DNA of 64,000 nt from the human T2T-CHM13v2.0 reference genome, Homo sapiens, in assembly GCF_009914755.1 (NCBI RefSeq), contig NC_060926.1, one strand, 5' to 3'. The notes under the pieces were generated by a model. It was not told the origin of the DNA. It worked only from the letters and a program-made list of their open reading frames with translations, and ran no database searches. This document shows, piece by piece, positions 62,500 through 64,000 of the stretch. Positions within the stretch are counted from its first letter, which is position 1, and each line of letters opens with the position of its first letter. Made by a program: the position numbers and the translations under genes.

Positions 62500-63690
62500 A
62501 TGACCATACAAGAGGAGAATGAAAGCTGGGGTCTAGTTTACAATTAGGTCTACATAATATGTTGGCACCAACAAGAAATAGACTGCTGTTGCACCAAGCA
62601 CCTCTCAAGGGTGGCCCTGAAGAACAGTGGTGAAGAAAAATATTCCCAATGGACAAAACTTTGAGCCCTTTCCCTAAAAGGAGCAGTCACCAGAGGTGAG
62701 GATCTGTGCTGACTCATACGCCTTGGCTAATGATTTGAGCGGTTGGCTGGGGACTTAGAACAAAATTGGAAGATTTATGACAAGGAGGCCTGGGAAGAAG
62801 TCAGATCTTTCAGAATGGGGAGAGCATGATGATGTTTGTGTCCTGCATGACTGTTTCCCAACGGCATCCACCGCAGAGGCTTTCAGAAGTCAGATGAACA
62901 AGATGATGGCGATGATGATTCCTGCTACTCCCTGCCCCAGCTTGCTTCATGGTCTGTGTACAAAATGGCCCTAGCAATGAGATGAAGGTTGCACATGTGC
63001 TCAGCAGTGCAGCCCCACTCTCACCAGGGCTGACCCAGCTATTACCCCTGCTGACAGCCCAACCTGCAGTGACAGGGGCCAATGCTTCCTCCCCAGCACA
63101 GTACCATTCCTGAGAGCAGGTGGTGTGTGGCAGCTGCACGGTAGTGGGTTGCTTACATGAGACCCTTCCATCATTGGCAGCATTTGTCCTTACTACATTA
63201 GACAACTATGCTGTCTGTGGGTTTGCTTCTCTTGCCTGCTGTGCTTCTGCTGCGCCACTATCCATGGACTTAAAAAAGGATTTTTGTTTGTTTTTTTTTT
63301 TTTGAGACGGAGTCTCGCTCTGTCACTCAGTCTGGAGCGCAGTGGCGCCATCTCGGCTCACTGCAAGCTCCGCCTCCCAGGTTCACGCCATTCTCCTGCC
63401 TCAGCCTCCTGAGAAGCTGGGACTACAGGCACCCGCCACCACGCCCGGCTAATTTTTTGTATTTTTTTTAGTAGAGACGGGGTTTCACTGTGTTAGCCAG
63501 GATGGTCTTGATCTCCTGACTTCGTGATCCGCCCACCTCGGCCTCCCAAAGTGCTAGGATTACAGGTTAAAAAAGGTTTTGTCTCTCATCACCGTATCCT
63601 GAGAAACTTCACGCTGACCAAGGGACCCCTACACAACAAAAGAAGGAAGTCACGTTTCACACGACTATGGATTCCTCCTGCACGTGCACA
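62500..63690 (+). mobile_element. Degenerate ERVL-class pol remnant (RNase H and integrase), interrupted by an Alu
   Basis: Conceptual translation gives EVRICADSYALANDLSGW (compare ERVL RNase H DVRLYTDSWAVANGLAGW), LPSLAAFVLTTLDNYAVCGFA (compare integrase LPSWKGQRFVLTGIDTYSGYGFA) and a DQGT motif at ~63616. Many stops and frameshifts. Confidence 0.65.
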
Positions 63691-64000
63691 GCCATGTGGC
63701 TGGGTGGGTCAGACAGCACCCAGTTCATGGAGGCAACTTGAGTTACCTACCCATCCAGTGTCCCATGGCCAAGACTTCAGTCTCTACCAGAGGCCAGGAG
63801 GAAGCCAGAGAGGTTTCTCAAAAGCATAAATTATAGTTCCCTGTAGAAGCTACGGATTTGCTCTGACTGGTAGAACACAGAGATGTTTCGCGTTCTAGAG
63901 ATTAGCATTGATATATATTTAGTGTTCAATAAGTCCCCAGTGTCTTAGTGTTTCCCTTTCCCAGATGCACAGTCAACCTGGTAAGGCTCCTGGGCTCGTC

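Overview
Primate, almost certainly human, genomic DNA; from memory this is the 2q13 SEPTIN10/SOWAHC locus. A CpG island at ~24.4-27.0 kb holds a head-to-head gene pair. On the minus strand are SEPT10 coding exon 1 (24862-24891, MASSEVARHL) and exon 2 (4115-4183), separated by a 20.7-kb intron; the rest of the gene lies beyond the left edge. On the plus strand is the intronless ankyrin-repeat gene SOWAHC/ANKRD57 (CDS 25554-27131, 525 aa) with a ~2.9-kb AU-rich 3'UTR. The rest is intronic or intergenic and very repeat-rich: ~60 Alu copies or fragments, old L1 pieces, MaLR LTRs (MLT1, THE1), two MER21 LTRs, a HERV-K(HML-2) LTR5A solo LTR nested in an Alu, a MER41/LTR8 fusion and a fossil ERVL pol. 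Nearly all ORFs in the supplied track are Alu or GC-rich artefacts. I see no new gene system. The most unusual sequence-level signals are two apparent locally templated insertions (a 37-bp copy inside an Alu at 9808 and a ~200-bp inverted duplication at 52156), a recurring TAAGGTAC motif in the SOWAHC 3'UTR, a strong-context micro-uORF before SOWAHC, and inverted Alus bracketing the symmetric SEPT10 exon 2. Repeat family names come from recalled consensus sequences, not from a RepeatMasker run, and repeat boundaries are approximate.
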